Source of the DNA: Sulfurospirillum sp.
Lineage (GTDB): Bacteria > Campylobacterota > Campylobacteria > Campylobacterales > Sulfurospirillaceae
Direction of reading: 5' to 3'
Length of the DNA stretch: 64,000 bases
Assembly: GCA_045047115.1 (NCBI GenBank)
Contig: JASFYR010000010.1
Coordinates: 1-64,000 of the forward strand
In this document: in pieces, positions 38,703 through 49,075 of the stretch
Layout: each line of letters starts with the position of its first letter
Position numbering within the stretch: position 1 is the first letter of the stretch
Notes under the pieces: model-generated
What the model was told of the DNA's origin: nothing
The model's database searches: none
What the model saw: the letters and a program-made list of their open reading frames with translations, nothing else
Program-made: the position numbers and the translations under genes

Positions 38703-39443
38703 CTATTTGGTGATTATCTTCGAGGGTGTATGCCCATAAAAATTTTTATATGACTTTATTAGATGAGATTGATCATAAAAACCACACTCTTGGGCGATTT
38801 GAGATAGAGGTATATCTGAACAAAGCATTCTTCTTGCATTGTTTATCTTGATATTTTGTATAAATTTATACGGGGTTAAACCAAAGTGTTGCTTGAAAAT
38901 CCTCAAAAAATGGTACTTAGACAATCCAACAAAAGAAGCTATCTCATCTAAGGCAAGGTTCTTGTTATTTGCATTTTGATATATATACTCTATGGCTTTT
39001 TGCAGTTCAAACTTCTCTGCATGTAGAGCATCTGCATTTTGATTTGAGCCGGAGTAATTTAGCAACATATACTTTACTATATGTTTAACTTCTTCATCTA
39101 TAAAACTTTTTTTTGCATAAAGATTTTGTAAATCCAAAGAGAGTTTGCTATCTTGTATGATAGTTTTAAAATACAATCTATTATCTTTAAAGTCTTTAGA
39201 GATCAAACGGACAAGATATGCACTCAATACGAGATTTATATGTTCCCAACTGCTACTGTATATCTCATGCATTTCATAAGGATTTATGACTCTCACCATG
39301 CCTTTTGAAGCATTGTATCTGAGTCTATTATTTTGAAAATTGCAACTCCCTTTTGTGATAAGAGATATGGAGTAGGTACTATGAAAGTGCTTGTTATAAG
39401 CCCTGTTTTTAAAACTGTTTTTTATCAAAGATATGTTTTGCAT
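38703..39443 (-). CDS. AraC family transcriptional regulator
   Basis: N-terminal cupin (HFH..H), C-terminal SKYHFLR.FK..GLTP, IA.ECGFYDQSH. Confidence 0.92.
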   Translation of the reverse strand: MQNISLIKNSFKNRAYNKHFHSTYSISLITKGSCNFQNNRLRYNASKGMVRVINPYEMHEIYSSSWEHINLVLSAYLVRLISKDFKDNRLYFKTIIQDSKLSLDLQNLYAKKSFIDEEVKHIVKYMLLNYSGSNQNADALHAEKFELQKAIEYIYQNANNKNLALDEIASFVGLSKYHFLRIFKQHFGLTPYKFIQNIKINNARRMLCSDIPLSQIAQECGFYDQSHLIKSYKNFYGHTPSKIITK

Positions 39444-39447
39444 AAAA

Positions 39448-39582
39448 TTATATTGAGTGTTTTACACTGTCCTTTCTGAAAAATACTTTTATCAAAATAA
39501 AGCTAAAGATAAAAGCGTAAATCAACCTTATGGATACCAGTATAGCGTAATTTGCTCCAAAGATCACAAACAGCAAAGTATA
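39448..39582 (-). pseudogene. Possible 3' remnant of a membrane protein (nucleoside-recognition/Gate-like)
   Basis: Start-less frame YTLLFVIFGANYAILVSIRLIYAFIFSFILIKVFFRK..; family assignment from memory only. Confidence 0.35.
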
Positions 39583-39678
39583 TCAATATCAGCAAATATA
39601 CACAGAGAAACAACCAGCTTTAAACACTTAAGAAGTTATCTATAAAATCACTATTTATATGTAGAGTTTACCCATTAG

Positions 39679-41685
39679 CTATATATCTTTTATTGGTCCA
39701 TTATGCAACATAAACAATTTTTCAAATTCTTCTTCGGGAAGAGGTTTTGAACATAAAAAACCCTGATACATTTCACAGCCCATATTCCTGAGATACTCAA
39801 GTTGTTCTTTCGTCTCTACTCCTTCAGCAACGACACTGAGTCCTAGCTCATTTGCGATATTTATGATCATATTGATAAAGAGTTTTTCTTGTTTACTGTG
39901 TTCGATATCATCTATAAAACTTTTATCTATCTTAATAGTATCAAATGGGATAGTTTTCAGATAAGACAAAGATGAATATCCTGTACCAAAATCATCAAGA
40001 GAAAGTGTAATGCCCAGCTCTTTTATTTTGTTAATAATTTTAATATTTTCATTAAAATCCGACATAAGTACAGACTCTGTAAGCTCTATATCCAGGCTCG
40101 ACGGATCGATGTTTTTTATCGATTTTTTTATTATCTCCAAAAGTCGCTTGTCTCTAAACTGTACAGCTGAGATATTTATGGATATTTTAAGATTTTTTAG
40201 TGCTGTATTTTCCCATTTTTTGAGTTCACTTACGGCTTCATTGATAATCCACTCTCCTAGTGGGATTATAAAATTGCTCTCCTCCGCCAAAGGTATAAAT
40301 TTATCCGGAGACAAAATTCCCTCTTGTGGATCTACGAGTCTTATCAAAGCTTCGCATGAGACAATTTTTGAAGTTTTTATATCCACTTTAGGCTGGTAAA
40401 AGAGTTTAAAGTATCCATTTTCCAAGGCATTGCTCATCAATTTTTGTATATGCACTTTTTCCTGTATGCGCTTGTTGAGACTGTCCGTAAAAAAATGATA
40501 ACTGTTTTTTCCCATCTCTTTTGCTTTATACATCGCTATATCAGCATTTTTTAGCAAAGTCGTGGTATCTTCTCCGTCTTTTGGATATATAGTAATACCC
40601 ATACTAGCAGTAATATTATATACAGTATTATCAAGATTGATTGGCTCCAGTAAGGAAGTTTTAATTCTTTGGACAACTTCTACAACAGCCATATCATCCT
40701 CAAAATCAGGTAGTACAACAACAAACTCATCACCACCAATTCTGGATACTATATCGTTTTCTCTCATAGCGTTCAATAGGATCTTGGAGATATGTTTTAG
40801 AACTTTATCTCCAATATCGTGTCCTTTAGTATCGTTGATATTTTTGAAATTATCCAAATCTAAAAAAATTATGGCAAATCTGCCTTTTGAGCGCCTGTTT
40901 TTTGAGATAAACCAATTAAGTTTCTCCATCAGACTAAGTCTGTTGTAAAGTCCACTGAGTGAGTCTTTGGTAGATAGTTTATACAACTCCTCCTGCTCTC
41001 TTTTCAGCCTGTCAAATGTAAAAGCAAGAGAATGCCTGATACTTTCAAGTTCCCGAATCAATAAATTATGTGGTATTTTTGTATTATAGTATGCAAACTG
41101 TCTTAATTTCTCAAGAGGATTTATCAATACTTTTTTCAATAAAATCCACATGAGGATATTAAAAATCATAAAAAATAGTAAAAAGTGGAGACCATATCGT
41201 TCAATCTTCTCAACAAGAAGTGTTTTTAGGTATCTTTTATCAATATGCACATAGCTATGATAATAATATGGATCCAGTCCATTATACAACCTAACACCAA
41301 ATGAATAACATTTTTGCCCAAATACATCTGCACTATTTATCTTCGCTATGGATATACACTCTTTTTTTCCATAAGGAAGGTTGGTAGTTCTATCTGTTGA
41401 ATATATCAACTTGCCTCTGCTGTTTATAATATAGATATCTTTTACCAAATTACTTCCGGATGTGATATTATCCAAAAAAGATACCAGTTGATTTATATTG
41501 TTTTCTTTAAGGTTTTTTTTCATAAAATGTTTCAATTTTAATATATCTGATTGAACATTGTTTTTTACAAGATCTGACATAGTATCTTTTGAACTCACAT
41601 AAAAGTTGTAAAATATTCCTGTTTCAATAATTATGAATACAAATATAGACATCAACATGAAGAATTTTATAGATATTGTCTTCAT
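39679..41685 (-). CDS. Membrane-bound GGDEF-EAL c-di-GMP enzyme with periplasmic sensor domain
   Basis: Two TM segments, RIGGDEF, CEALIR, LDDFGTGYSSL, EGVE, YQG; ATGA overlap with upstream gene. Confidence 0.92.
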   Translation of the reverse strand: MKTISIKFFMLMSIFVFIIIETGIFYNFYVSSKDTMSDLVKNNVQSDILKLKHFMKKNLKENNINQLVSFLDNITSGSNLVKDIYIINSRGKLIYSTDRTTNLPYGKKECISIAKINSADVFGQKCYSFGVRLYNGLDPYYYHSYVHIDKRYLKTLLVEKIERYGLHFLLFFMIFNILMWILLKKVLINPLEKLRQFAYYNTKIPHNLLIRELESIRHSLAFTFDRLKREQEELYKLSTKDSLSGLYNRLSLMEKLNWFISKNRRSKGRFAIIFLDLDNFKNINDTKGHDIGDKVLKHISKILLNAMRENDIVSRIGGDEFVVVLPDFEDDMAVVEVVQRIKTSLLEPINLDNTVYNITASMGITIYPKDGEDTTTLLKNADIAMYKAKEMGKNSYHFFTDSLNKRIQEKVHIQKLMSNALENGYFKLFYQPKVDIKTSKIVSCEALIRLVDPQEGILSPDKFIPLAEESNFIIPLGEWIINEAVSELKKWENTALKNLKISINISAVQFRDKRLLEIIKKSIKNIDPSSLDIELTESVLMSDFNENIKIINKIKELGITLSLDDFGTGYSSLSYLKTIPFDTIKIDKSFIDDIEHSKQEKLFINMIINIANELGLSVVAEGVETKEQLEYLRNMGCEMYQGFLCSKPLPEEEFEKLFMLHNGPIKDI

Positions 41686-42557
41686 TTGATCAAATACTCT
41701 TCTTTGTATCCAATTTTTTTGATATGAATCAATAACTCTTTTGAGGGTTTGTTTATCCATTTTATATTTTTTAAAGCTTTTATATACTCTTTGTAGCTTA
41801 TATCATTCAAAAAAGGGCTGATAATATTATATGATTTCAGTTTATCTTTTTGTATCTCACCTATAGATTTATCGATAATCTTTTTTAATTTTTCGAGTCT
41901 TTTTCTCTCTTTTTTATATAAACTCTGTGTTCCGCACAAAGCATCTATAACGATGATGCTATCCATATCCCTCGTTGAGATCACTTCTTTGAAGCTTTTT
42001 TTCTTCAAGAAAACGTCATAAGGACTGTAAGTAACTATAACAATAGCTCTGTTTTTACTATTTTTAATATCTTGCATTTTAGCTTGATCTTGATTTATGA
42101 ATTCCATCTTGTTTTCATCTATAGAGTTATTTTTTATAAAATCCTTCAAAATTTCCGAATTTATAGAGTCTATCTCTAAGTATGCATAAATTTTATTGGC
42201 TTTCTTTAGTGTATTGATATCCACATTTGAGAGTATCATATCACCACCATATGATCTGTCTATCAAAATAAGGGGCACGATGTCGTTTTGAGTGTTTTTA
42301 ATAGAGTAGTATTCGTGTTGTGTTGTTGTAACCATATCTGCTTTGCCTATACTGTAAACATCTGCAGATTCTGCCAGCGAAACATTTATAACTAATTTAA
42401 TATCCAAATCTTTCAAATAACCTTTTTTACTCGCATAAAATAAAGGCGCATACCCAATCCAGGAATTTGTAGAAATTTTTAGTTCTTTTTTTTGCGTATT
42501 ATCAAAGCAACCGCCAAAAAGAAGCACAACAGAGATAATAAGAAAAATTTGTTTCAT
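41682..42557 (-). CDS. Substrate-binding lipoprotein (NitT/TauT, SsuA-like)
   Basis: Lipobox LFGGC, WIGYAPL.YA..KGY, DRSYGGD. Confidence 0.75.
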   Translation of the reverse strand: MKQIFLIISVVLLFGGCFDNTQKKELKISTNSWIGYAPLFYASKKGYLKDLDIKLVINVSLAESADVYSIGKADMVTTTQHEYYSIKNTQNDIVPLILIDRSYGGDMILSNVDINTLKKANKIYAYLEIDSINSEILKDFIKNNSIDENKMEFINQDQAKMQDIKNSKNRAIVIVTYSPYDVFLKKKSFKEVISTRDMDSIIVIDALCGTQSLYKKERKRLEKLKKIIDKSIGEIQKDKLKSYNIISPFLNDISYKEYIKALKNIKWINKPSKELLIHIKKIGYKEEYLIK

Positions 42558-42646
42558 TTCTAACCTCATACCGTAGATATCATATGCTATCGATATAATC
42601 TTTAATATCTGTTTAAATAATATTATATTTATAATTCCGCATACGC

Positions 42647-42688
42647 GTAACATATGTTACATACATTAAATGATAATGATAGTACAAT
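42647..42688 (+). promoter_or_regulatory. Crp-family class II promoter: GTAACATATGTTAC - N22 - TACAAT
   Basis: Perfect 14-bp palindrome 42647-42660; -10 box 42683-42688. Confidence 0.7.
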
Positions 42689-42717
42689 GGTGGTATCTAA
42701 AACAATAGGAGTTCAAA

Positions 42718-42909
42718 ATGAAATGCAATGTAGGTGGTATGGATAGGATAGCCAGGATAGTTGTTGGTTTGGCACTAGTTGGATTTGCAGTCTATTCGGA
42801 TCAACTTTGGGCTTATATAGGTGTTATTCCATTGATAACCGGTGCGGTTGGCTTTTGTCCCTTGTATCCTATATTTAAATTTAGTTCAGCTCACGATAAA
42901 GAGAGCTAG
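42718..42909 (+). CDS. DUF2892 (YgaP-like) membrane protein
   Basis: NVG..DR..RI.VG, TG.VGFCPLY. Confidence 0.9.
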   Translation: MKCNVGGMDRIARIVVGLALVGFAVYSDQLWAYIGVIPLITGAVGFCPLYPIFKFSSAHDKES

Positions 42910-43535
42910 TGCAAGAGCTAAAAGTCGAAAATATCTACGGTTTTTTAAAAAACTTTTCCACAGAAGAGAAAGAAAAGTTTTTTACCCATGCAAAAAAGGT
43001 ATCTTTTCCAAAAGGTCAGATACTTTTTTTTCAAGGTGATTTATGCGAAGGTATTTTATATATAGAGACGGGAAGTCTTAAAGTTTATCTGCAAAATGAT
43101 GAAGGTGATGAGATTACTCTATACAATGTAGAAGCCGGTGAGCAGTACATAGTAAACACATCAAGCACAATTTCTCAAACACCGGCACTAGGAAGTGCAG
43201 TAACTCTTAGTAAACTAAGTGGATATATATTGGATGCCGACAGCGTAAAAAAATTAATGAGAAGCTCATCCTCGTATCAGAAGTACATGTTTAGTCTTTT
43301 TTCTTTAAAGTTAATTTCTTTAGCCACACTTGTGGAAGATTTAAAATTTAAACCTTTAAAAGAGAGGGTATTGTCTTTTTTAAAAAATAAAAAAACAGTC
43401 GACATAAAAATAACCCACGAGAAGATAGCCCAAAATATGGGTACTTCAAGAGTAGTTATAAGCAGAGTTCTAAAAAAACTTGAAAATGACAAAAAATTGA
43501 GTCTTAAGCGAGGAGTTATAACTGTTTTAGATTAG
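42909..43535 (+). CDS. Crp/Fnr family transcriptional regulator
   Basis: cNMP-binding-fold N-terminus; THEKIA..MGTSRVVISRVLK HTH. Confidence 0.92.
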   Translation: MQELKVENIYGFLKNFSTEEKEKFFTHAKKVSFPKGQILFFQGDLCEGILYIETGSLKVYLQNDEGDEITLYNVEAGEQYIVNTSSTISQTPALGSAVTLSKLSGYILDADSVKKLMRSSSSYQKYMFSLFSLKLISLATLVEDLKFKPLKERVLSFLKNKKTVDIKITHEKIAQNMGTSRVVISRVLKKLENDKKLSLKRGVITVLD

Positions 43536-43544
43536 ATTTTATTC

Positions 43545-44441
43545 TTATCCCAATATGCCATTCCACGCAACTATGCTTACAAAAGATACTATGACTCCAA
43601 GAGCCAGCGTATTTATAGCCAAAATTTTGTTTAATCCGCCTTTTATCGCATAGACTGTTGCCATAGTCATTGGAGGCATCGCAACTTCCAGGAATGTTAC
43701 TTTTGCCCAGATTTGCGACATATCAAAAAACATATGCATGATACCAAACAGTATAAATGGAACCAAAAACATCTTGATAAACAGGGCTATGACATTTTCC
43801 CTAAACTGTTTCATCAAAGCTTTTAATTCCAACTTCATACCTACTATAATAGTCACAAGCGGTATCAAAGTAGCTTGGAGTTTGTCCAATATACCCTCTA
43901 AATAAGGCGGAAAATATGAGCCATGAAAATATATAGCTAGAACTATAGCAATTAGCGGAGGTGATAAAAATATCTGTTTTACAACATCTTTTTTAAAATC
44001 CTCTTTCTTACCTCCTCCCCATGAGATTATAGCCACACCAAATGTCAAAAGAGCTACAAATGAGCCTATTTGATCATATACAAGAGCATAAACTATCTCT
44101 TTCATAGAGTATAGCGACTCTATGTATGAAAAACCTACAAAAGAGGTATTGCCAAAAATAGAGACTATCATAAAAGTAGCTAAATCTTTTCTTGAGAGTT
44201 TGAGGATTTTACCTATCATTAACGAGATTAAGAATGCACTAAACATCGCTATATAACTGACTAAAATGACTTTAAAAATCACATCATTGAATTCCAAGAC
44301 TCTTATCTTTGAGAGGGCAAGTGCAGGAAGCGAAAAGTAGATGACAAACTCTGTCAACTCTCGCGATATATCTTCTTTAAGAATCTTAAAAAGATAACCC
44401 GCAAATGCAAATAAAAACACAGGCGCAATCTGATCTATCAC
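43545..44441 (-). CDS. AEC (auxin efflux carrier) family transporter
   Basis: ~10 TM, FGNTSFVG, PPLIA, AMPPM; GTGA overlap with aat. Confidence 0.88.
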   Translation of the reverse strand: MIDQIAPVFLFAFAGYLFKILKEDISRELTEFVIYFSLPALALSKIRVLEFNDVIFKVILVSYIAMFSAFLISLMIGKILKLSRKDLATFMIVSIFGNTSFVGFSYIESLYSMKEIVYALVYDQIGSFVALLTFGVAIISWGGGKKEDFKKDVVKQIFLSPPLIAIVLAIYFHGSYFPPYLEGILDKLQATLIPLVTIIVGMKLELKALMKQFRENVIALFIKMFLVPFILFGIMHMFFDMSQIWAKVTFLEVAMPPMTMATVYAIKGGLNKILAINTLALGVIVSFVSIVAWNGILG

Positions 44442-45124
44442 AACCAACTCCCAAAGTAACTTTTAGTCTCCAGCGAGTTTTTAACCATGTCCAAGAACTC
44501 ATCTCTTCTTATCTCAATCGCACCCATAGATTTTAGGTGCTCTGTTGGAATCTGACAATCTATAAAATCACCACCCAACTCATCAATCTTCGAACAAAGT
44601 GTGACCAATGCACACTTTGAGGCATCTGCTTTGGAGCTATACATAGACTCACCACAGAACATGCCTCCCAGATATAAACCATACAGTCCACCAACAAGCT
44701 CACCCTTATAGTAACTCTCCACGCTATGGGCAAAATGCTCTATATGCAAAGAGTAAAAAACATCTATCAACTCATCACTAATCCAGCTATCTTCACTATT
44801 TTGCACTCTCACATCTCTGCAAGAATGGATCACTTTTTCAAAATTTGTATCAAATCTTATCTCAAACTTTTTAAGACTCTTCCTTAGACTCTTGGAAATT
44901 TTTATATCTTTGGTTTTGAGCACAAGTCTTGGATCAGGTGACCACCAAAGTATAGGATCATTTGCATTGTACCACGGGAAAATTCCCTGCATATAAGCAT
45001 TTAGAATCCGCTCTTTTTTCAGATCTCCTCCCCACGCCAAAAGACCTGTTGGATCAGCTTTTTTGGGATCAGGAAAAGCATAGGAATAAGTGCTTAGCCT
45101 TGGTATGTATATAGTTTTTTCCAA
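44438..45124 (-). CDS. aat: Leucyl/phenylalanyl-tRNA-protein transferase
   Basis: GLLA.GGDL, AY..GIFPW, WWSPDPR, AHSVE, GGLYG, GESM, DCQ. Confidence 0.95.
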   Translation of the reverse strand: MEKTIYIPRLSTYSYAFPDPKKADPTGLLAWGGDLKKERILNAYMQGIFPWYNANDPILWWSPDPRLVLKTKDIKISKSLRKSLKKFEIRFDTNFEKVIHSCRDVRVQNSEDSWISDELIDVFYSLHIEHFAHSVESYYKGELVGGLYGLYLGGMFCGESMYSSKADASKCALVTLCSKIDELGGDFIDCQIPTEHLKSMGAIEIRRDEFLDMVKNSLETKSYFGSWL

Positions 45125-47311
45125 CTACAATCTTTCATATACAAAATTCAACTCGCCTTTTTTGAGTCCTATATTAACTCTGCCACCATGTCTTAGTTTA
45201 CCAAAAAGTATCTCATCACTCAGCGGAGTCTTTATCTCATCCTGTATGACTCTTTTCATCACTCTTGCACCCATATCACTGCTAAAACCCTTGTTCGCAA
45301 GGTATCTTTTAGCCTCTTTGGAGAGAATTATATCTATCTTTTTATCTCTTAACTGCTCTTGGAGTTCGTTTATGAGTTTTTGCACGATTCCTATCATAAT
45401 GTCCTCATTCAAAGGCTTAAAATGTATGATATTATCAAGTCTATTTCTAAACTCCGGTGCAAAGAAATCCTTGATAGCACTGTCTGCTTTAAATGAGTTA
45501 TCTTTTTGAAAACCCACATGCACGCCCTCTTTTGAGCCTAGATTTGAGGTCATTATAACGATGACATTTCTAAAGTCGGTTTTGACTCCATTGTTATCGG
45601 TCAAAACCGCTCCGTCAAATATTTGTAAAAGTACATTTAAAAGCTCAATGTGAGCCTTCTCTATCTCATCCAAAAGCAAAACTGTATACGGATGCTTTTT
45701 GATACTCTCGGTCAACTGCCCGCCATCTTCAAAACCTACATATCCCGGAGGCGCTCCAATGAGTCGACTTATGGTGTGCTTCTCCATATATTCACTCATA
45801 TCATATCTCTCAAAATTCACTCCAAGTTCATTTGAGAGTTGTTTTGCTACTTCTGTTTTTCCAACTCCCGTTGGACCTGCAAATAAAAATGCTCCGATAG
45901 GCGCTTCTGCATTTCCTAATCCGGCGCGAGAGCGTTTTATAGCTCGGATTAGTGCATGTATCGCCTCATCTTGACCAAAAACTTTCGATTTTAGATTTTT
46001 TTCCAAAGAGGCTATAACTTTACTCTCATCTGCGTTAACATTTCTATTTGGAATATGAGCAATTTTCCCTAAAATATTCTCTATATCCACAACACCCACA
46101 CTCTTTCTTTTGCGTTTAAGCAGGTGAAACGAAGCTCCCACCTCGTCTATAAGATCAATCGCAGAGTCGGGTAAAAATCTGTCATTTATATACTTTTTTG
46201 CTAATTCAACAGAAGTTTTTAGTACAGAGTTTGGATACTTCACTCCGTGATGCTCCTCATAACTGCCTTTAAGTCCCAAAAGAATCTTATAGCTCTCTTC
46301 AAGGCTCGGCTCATCTATATCTATCTTGGCAAATCGTCTGCTAAGAGCCCTGTCCTTATCAAAAAAATTCCTAAACTCTCCATAAGTTGTAGCTCCTATG
46401 CACTTTAATTTTCCTGAAGCAAGTGAGGGTTTTAAAAGGTTTGAGAGATCCATAGAGCCCCCGCTTGTCGCACCTGCTCCTACTATGGTGTGAATCTCAT
46501 CTATAAAGAGTATAGCATTTTGCTCACTTTGCAACTCTTTTAGTATCTCTTTTAGTCTCTTCTCAAAATCACCCCTGTATTTTGTACCGCTAAGCAATGA
46601 GCCCATATCCAAGGCATATAAAGAGGCTCCTTTTAGTATGCCCGGAATCTCACCTGCTGCTATCATTTGAGCTATGCCCTCTACAACTGCTGTTTTTCCA
46701 ACACCTGGCTCACCCACTAAAAGAGGATTATTTTTCTTTCTTCTGCACAATACCTGTATTACCCTCTCACACTCATCACTTCGTCCTATGAGTGGGTCAA
46801 GCTTGCCATCTTTTGCCAACCCTATAAGGTTTAGGCAATACTTTACCAATGCACTGTCATCTTTTTTGACATCTTTTTCTTCAGGCATAGTTGCTTGAGT
46901 TACAGCCTCTAGGATTTCGAGTCTTGAAACACCTTGCTTTTGCAATAACCATGCACTATATGAGTGCTCCTCTTGAAATATAGAAACCAACAAATCAAAT
47001 ACATTTGCCTCTGTTTTTCCTGCTGATTTGGAGTGAAGCATCATATTTTCGACTACTCGACCCAGTGACACACTCTCTATCGGCTCATAATTTTCCCTGC
47101 TTAAAACTATAGGAGAGTGTGTTATGAAGTATTTTCCAAGCTCATCTGATATCTCATCAACATCTACACCACAACTACTTAAAACCTCTCTTATAGAATC
47201 GTTTTTAAGCATCGCAAAAAAGAGATGCTCTGTTGTTATGTATTCATATTGGTGTGTTTTTACAAAATTTATAGCATCACTAAAAAGGATATTTAACTCT
47301 TGGCTCACCAT
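45125..47311 (-). CDS. clpA: ATP-dependent Clp protease ATP-binding subunit ClpA
   Basis: Two AAA+ modules (GEPGVGKT, GPTGVGKT); downstream of clpS. Confidence 0.95.
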   Translation of the reverse strand: MVSQELNILFSDAINFVKTHQYEYITTEHLFFAMLKNDSIREVLSSCGVDVDEISDELGKYFITHSPIVLSRENYEPIESVSLGRVVENMMLHSKSAGKTEANVFDLLVSIFQEEHSYSAWLLQKQGVSRLEILEAVTQATMPEEKDVKKDDSALVKYCLNLIGLAKDGKLDPLIGRSDECERVIQVLCRRKKNNPLLVGEPGVGKTAVVEGIAQMIAAGEIPGILKGASLYALDMGSLLSGTKYRGDFEKRLKEILKELQSEQNAILFIDEIHTIVGAGATSGGSMDLSNLLKPSLASGKLKCIGATTYGEFRNFFDKDRALSRRFAKIDIDEPSLEESYKILLGLKGSYEEHHGVKYPNSVLKTSVELAKKYINDRFLPDSAIDLIDEVGASFHLLKRKRKSVGVVDIENILGKIAHIPNRNVNADESKVIASLEKNLKSKVFGQDEAIHALIRAIKRSRAGLGNAEAPIGAFLFAGPTGVGKTEVAKQLSNELGVNFERYDMSEYMEKHTISRLIGAPPGYVGFEDGGQLTESIKKHPYTVLLLDEIEKAHIELLNVLLQIFDGAVLTDNNGVKTDFRNVIVIMTSNLGSKEGVHVGFQKDNSFKADSAIKDFFAPEFRNRLDNIIHFKPLNEDIMIGIVQKLINELQEQLRDKKIDIILSKEAKRYLANKGFSSDMGARVMKRVIQDEIKTPLSDEILFGKLRHGGRVNIGLKKGELNFVYERL

Positions 47312-47313
47312 AA

Positions 47314-47622
47314 CTACTCCTCTTCCACAGTAGCGCGGAGCGGAAACTGATGCTCTTTTGCCAAGGTATGCACTTGAGCAACTTTTGTCTCGGCTATTTC
47401 ATAGGTATAAACACCACAAAGACCTGAGCCCTCTTCATGAACTCTATACATAATCTCTGTCGCCTTTTGGGCACTTTGATGAAAAACTTCCATAAGCACC
47501 ATAATCACAAAATCCATGCTCGTATAGTCATCATTCAGAAGCATAACTTTGTAGAGTTTAGGCTCTTCTAGCTCCAACTCTTCGTCAAATTCACTCTCTA
47601 TCTGCTCATCAAATCTAGCCAT
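47314..47622 (-). CDS. clpS: Clp protease adaptor ClpS
   Basis: [24 protein letters not shown]. Confidence 0.96.
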   Translation of the reverse strand: MARFDEQIESEFDEELELEEPKLYKVMLLNDDYTSMDFVIMVLMEVFHQSAQKATEIMYRVHEEGSGLCGVYTYEIAETKVAQVHTLAKEHQFPLRATVEEE

Positions 47623-48076
47623 TTCTAAAATCCTTCATAGCTCTTTGGGTCTCTCTTTGGGCATCTTTTCTTTTTAGTGCTTCTCTTTTATCGTGTAGGG
47701 TTTTCCCTTTTGCAAGGGCAATTTGTAGTTTCACTATGTTTTTGTGATTAAAATAGAGACTCAGTGCCACTATGGTGAGTCCATCTCTTGCTACTTTTCT
47801 CTCAAGTTTTTCTATCTCTCTTCTGTGTAACAACAGCTTTCTGTCTCTCTTTTCATCAGGTGCGTAGTGAAGATTTGCAGTATTTAGATGTGAAATATGC
47901 ATACCAAAGAGAAACGCCTCACCCTTTATAACCTTCACAAAAGAGTCTTTAAGATTAACTCTACTGGCTCGTATTGCTTTGACTTCACTGCCTTTTAACT
48001 CAATCCCAGCCTCAAACTTCTCCAGTATCTCATAATCATGAAATGCCTTTTTATTTCTCGCTACTGTCTCACCCAT
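47615..48076 (-). CDS. smpB: SsrA-binding protein
   Basis: [30 protein letters not shown]. Confidence 0.97.
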   Translation of the reverse strand: MGETVARNKKAFHDYEILEKFEAGIELKGSEVKAIRASRVNLKDSFVKVIKGEAFLFGMHISHLNTANLHYAPDEKRDRKLLLHRREIEKLERKVARDGLTIVALSLYFNHKNIVKLQIALAKGKTLHDKREALKRKDAQRETQRAMKDFRNG

Positions 48077-48848
48077 ACTGTTTTTTTACCTTCAATCTAA
48101 AAAAACTGCTTCCGCTTCCGCTAAAGAACCAGCCTTGTTTTCTGTATTTTTGTATCTCTTTATCTACTTTCAGAGCAGCTTTCAACAGGTCATTTAGTTC
48201 TATATCGCTATATGTTTCCAGCAACTCATAAGAATTCATCTTTGACATTTTATCAGCTAAAACTAAATCAACACTATAATCATCCCTAAATACTCTGTAA
48301 ATTTTACCTGTATCGCACTTTATAGGTGGCGTAGAGATCTCTACATGCAGAGACTCTTCGTCAATCTTCTCTATCACTTCTCCTATGCCTCTGACATTCG
48401 CACTTTTATAACCATAAACAAAAAAAGGCACATCCGCTCCCGCGCTCAAGCCCATTTTTGCCAGTTCTTTTGGGTTTAAACCTAAGTTTAACTCGTTATT
48501 TACCACTCTTAAAAAAGTAGCAGCATCGCTACTGCCTCCGCCCAGACCTGCAAATGAGGGTATATGTTTGCATACATGTAGAGCCTTTTTGTTAAACAAC
48601 TCCTCTACTTCTTTTTTGAAGCCTGCTTTTTTAAGAGCTTTATAGGCTTTAAAAATTGTATTGTGACTTAAATCACAGCCAAAATCACCGATCAGCTCAA
48701 ACTCTTGATTGGTTTTCTTGGGCACTAAACTCAGCTCATCAAAAAGATTTTCCACCAGGATAAATCTCGAACAAATCTCGTGATAATCACCCCTGATTCC
48801 GACAATCTTCAAAAAGATATTTACTTTTGCACAGGCTCTATATATCAT
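48069..48848 (-). CDS. ispE: 4-diphosphocytidyl-2-C-methyl-D-erythritol kinase
   Basis: [32 protein letters not shown]. Confidence 0.93.
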   Translation of the reverse strand: MIYRACAKVNIFLKIVGIRGDYHEICSRFILVENLFDELSLVPKKTNQEFELIGDFGCDLSHNTIFKAYKALKKAGFKKEVEELFNKKALHVCKHIPSFAGLGGGSSDAATFLRVVNNELNLGLNPKELAKMGLSAGADVPFFVYGYKSANVRGIGEVIEKIDEESLHVEISTPPIKCDTGKIYRVFRDDYSVDLVLADKMSKMNSYELLETYSDIELNDLLKAALKVDKEIQKYRKQGWFFSGSGSSFFRLKVKKQYG

Positions 48849-49075
48849 TTTTTTAGTTTCAGGCTTAACTCGCTAAGCTGTGTTAAATCCACCTCTCTTG
48901 CGGCTTTTATATTTGTATCTTTAACAACATCTTTCAACTCTTTTCTTAAAATCATCATCTCTTTTGGAGCATCGATTCCTAGTTTCACCATACCTTTTGA
49001 AACCTCTATCACTGTTATAGTGATTTCATCATCTAGAAGTATAGACTCTCCTAATTTTCTTGATAGTATTAACAC
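48845..49075 (-). CDS. csrA: Carbon storage regulator CsrA
   Basis: MLILSRK.GESI, VKLGIDAPK, ILRKEL. Confidence 0.95.
   Translation of the reverse strand: MLILSRKLGESILLDDEITITVIEVSKGMVKLGIDAPKEMMILRKELKDVVKDTNIKAAREVDLTQLSELSLKLKK

Noticed and set aside
39457..39645. 62-aa plus-strand ORF
   Set aside because: No motif or SD; the minus strand better fits a decayed membrane-protein fragment.
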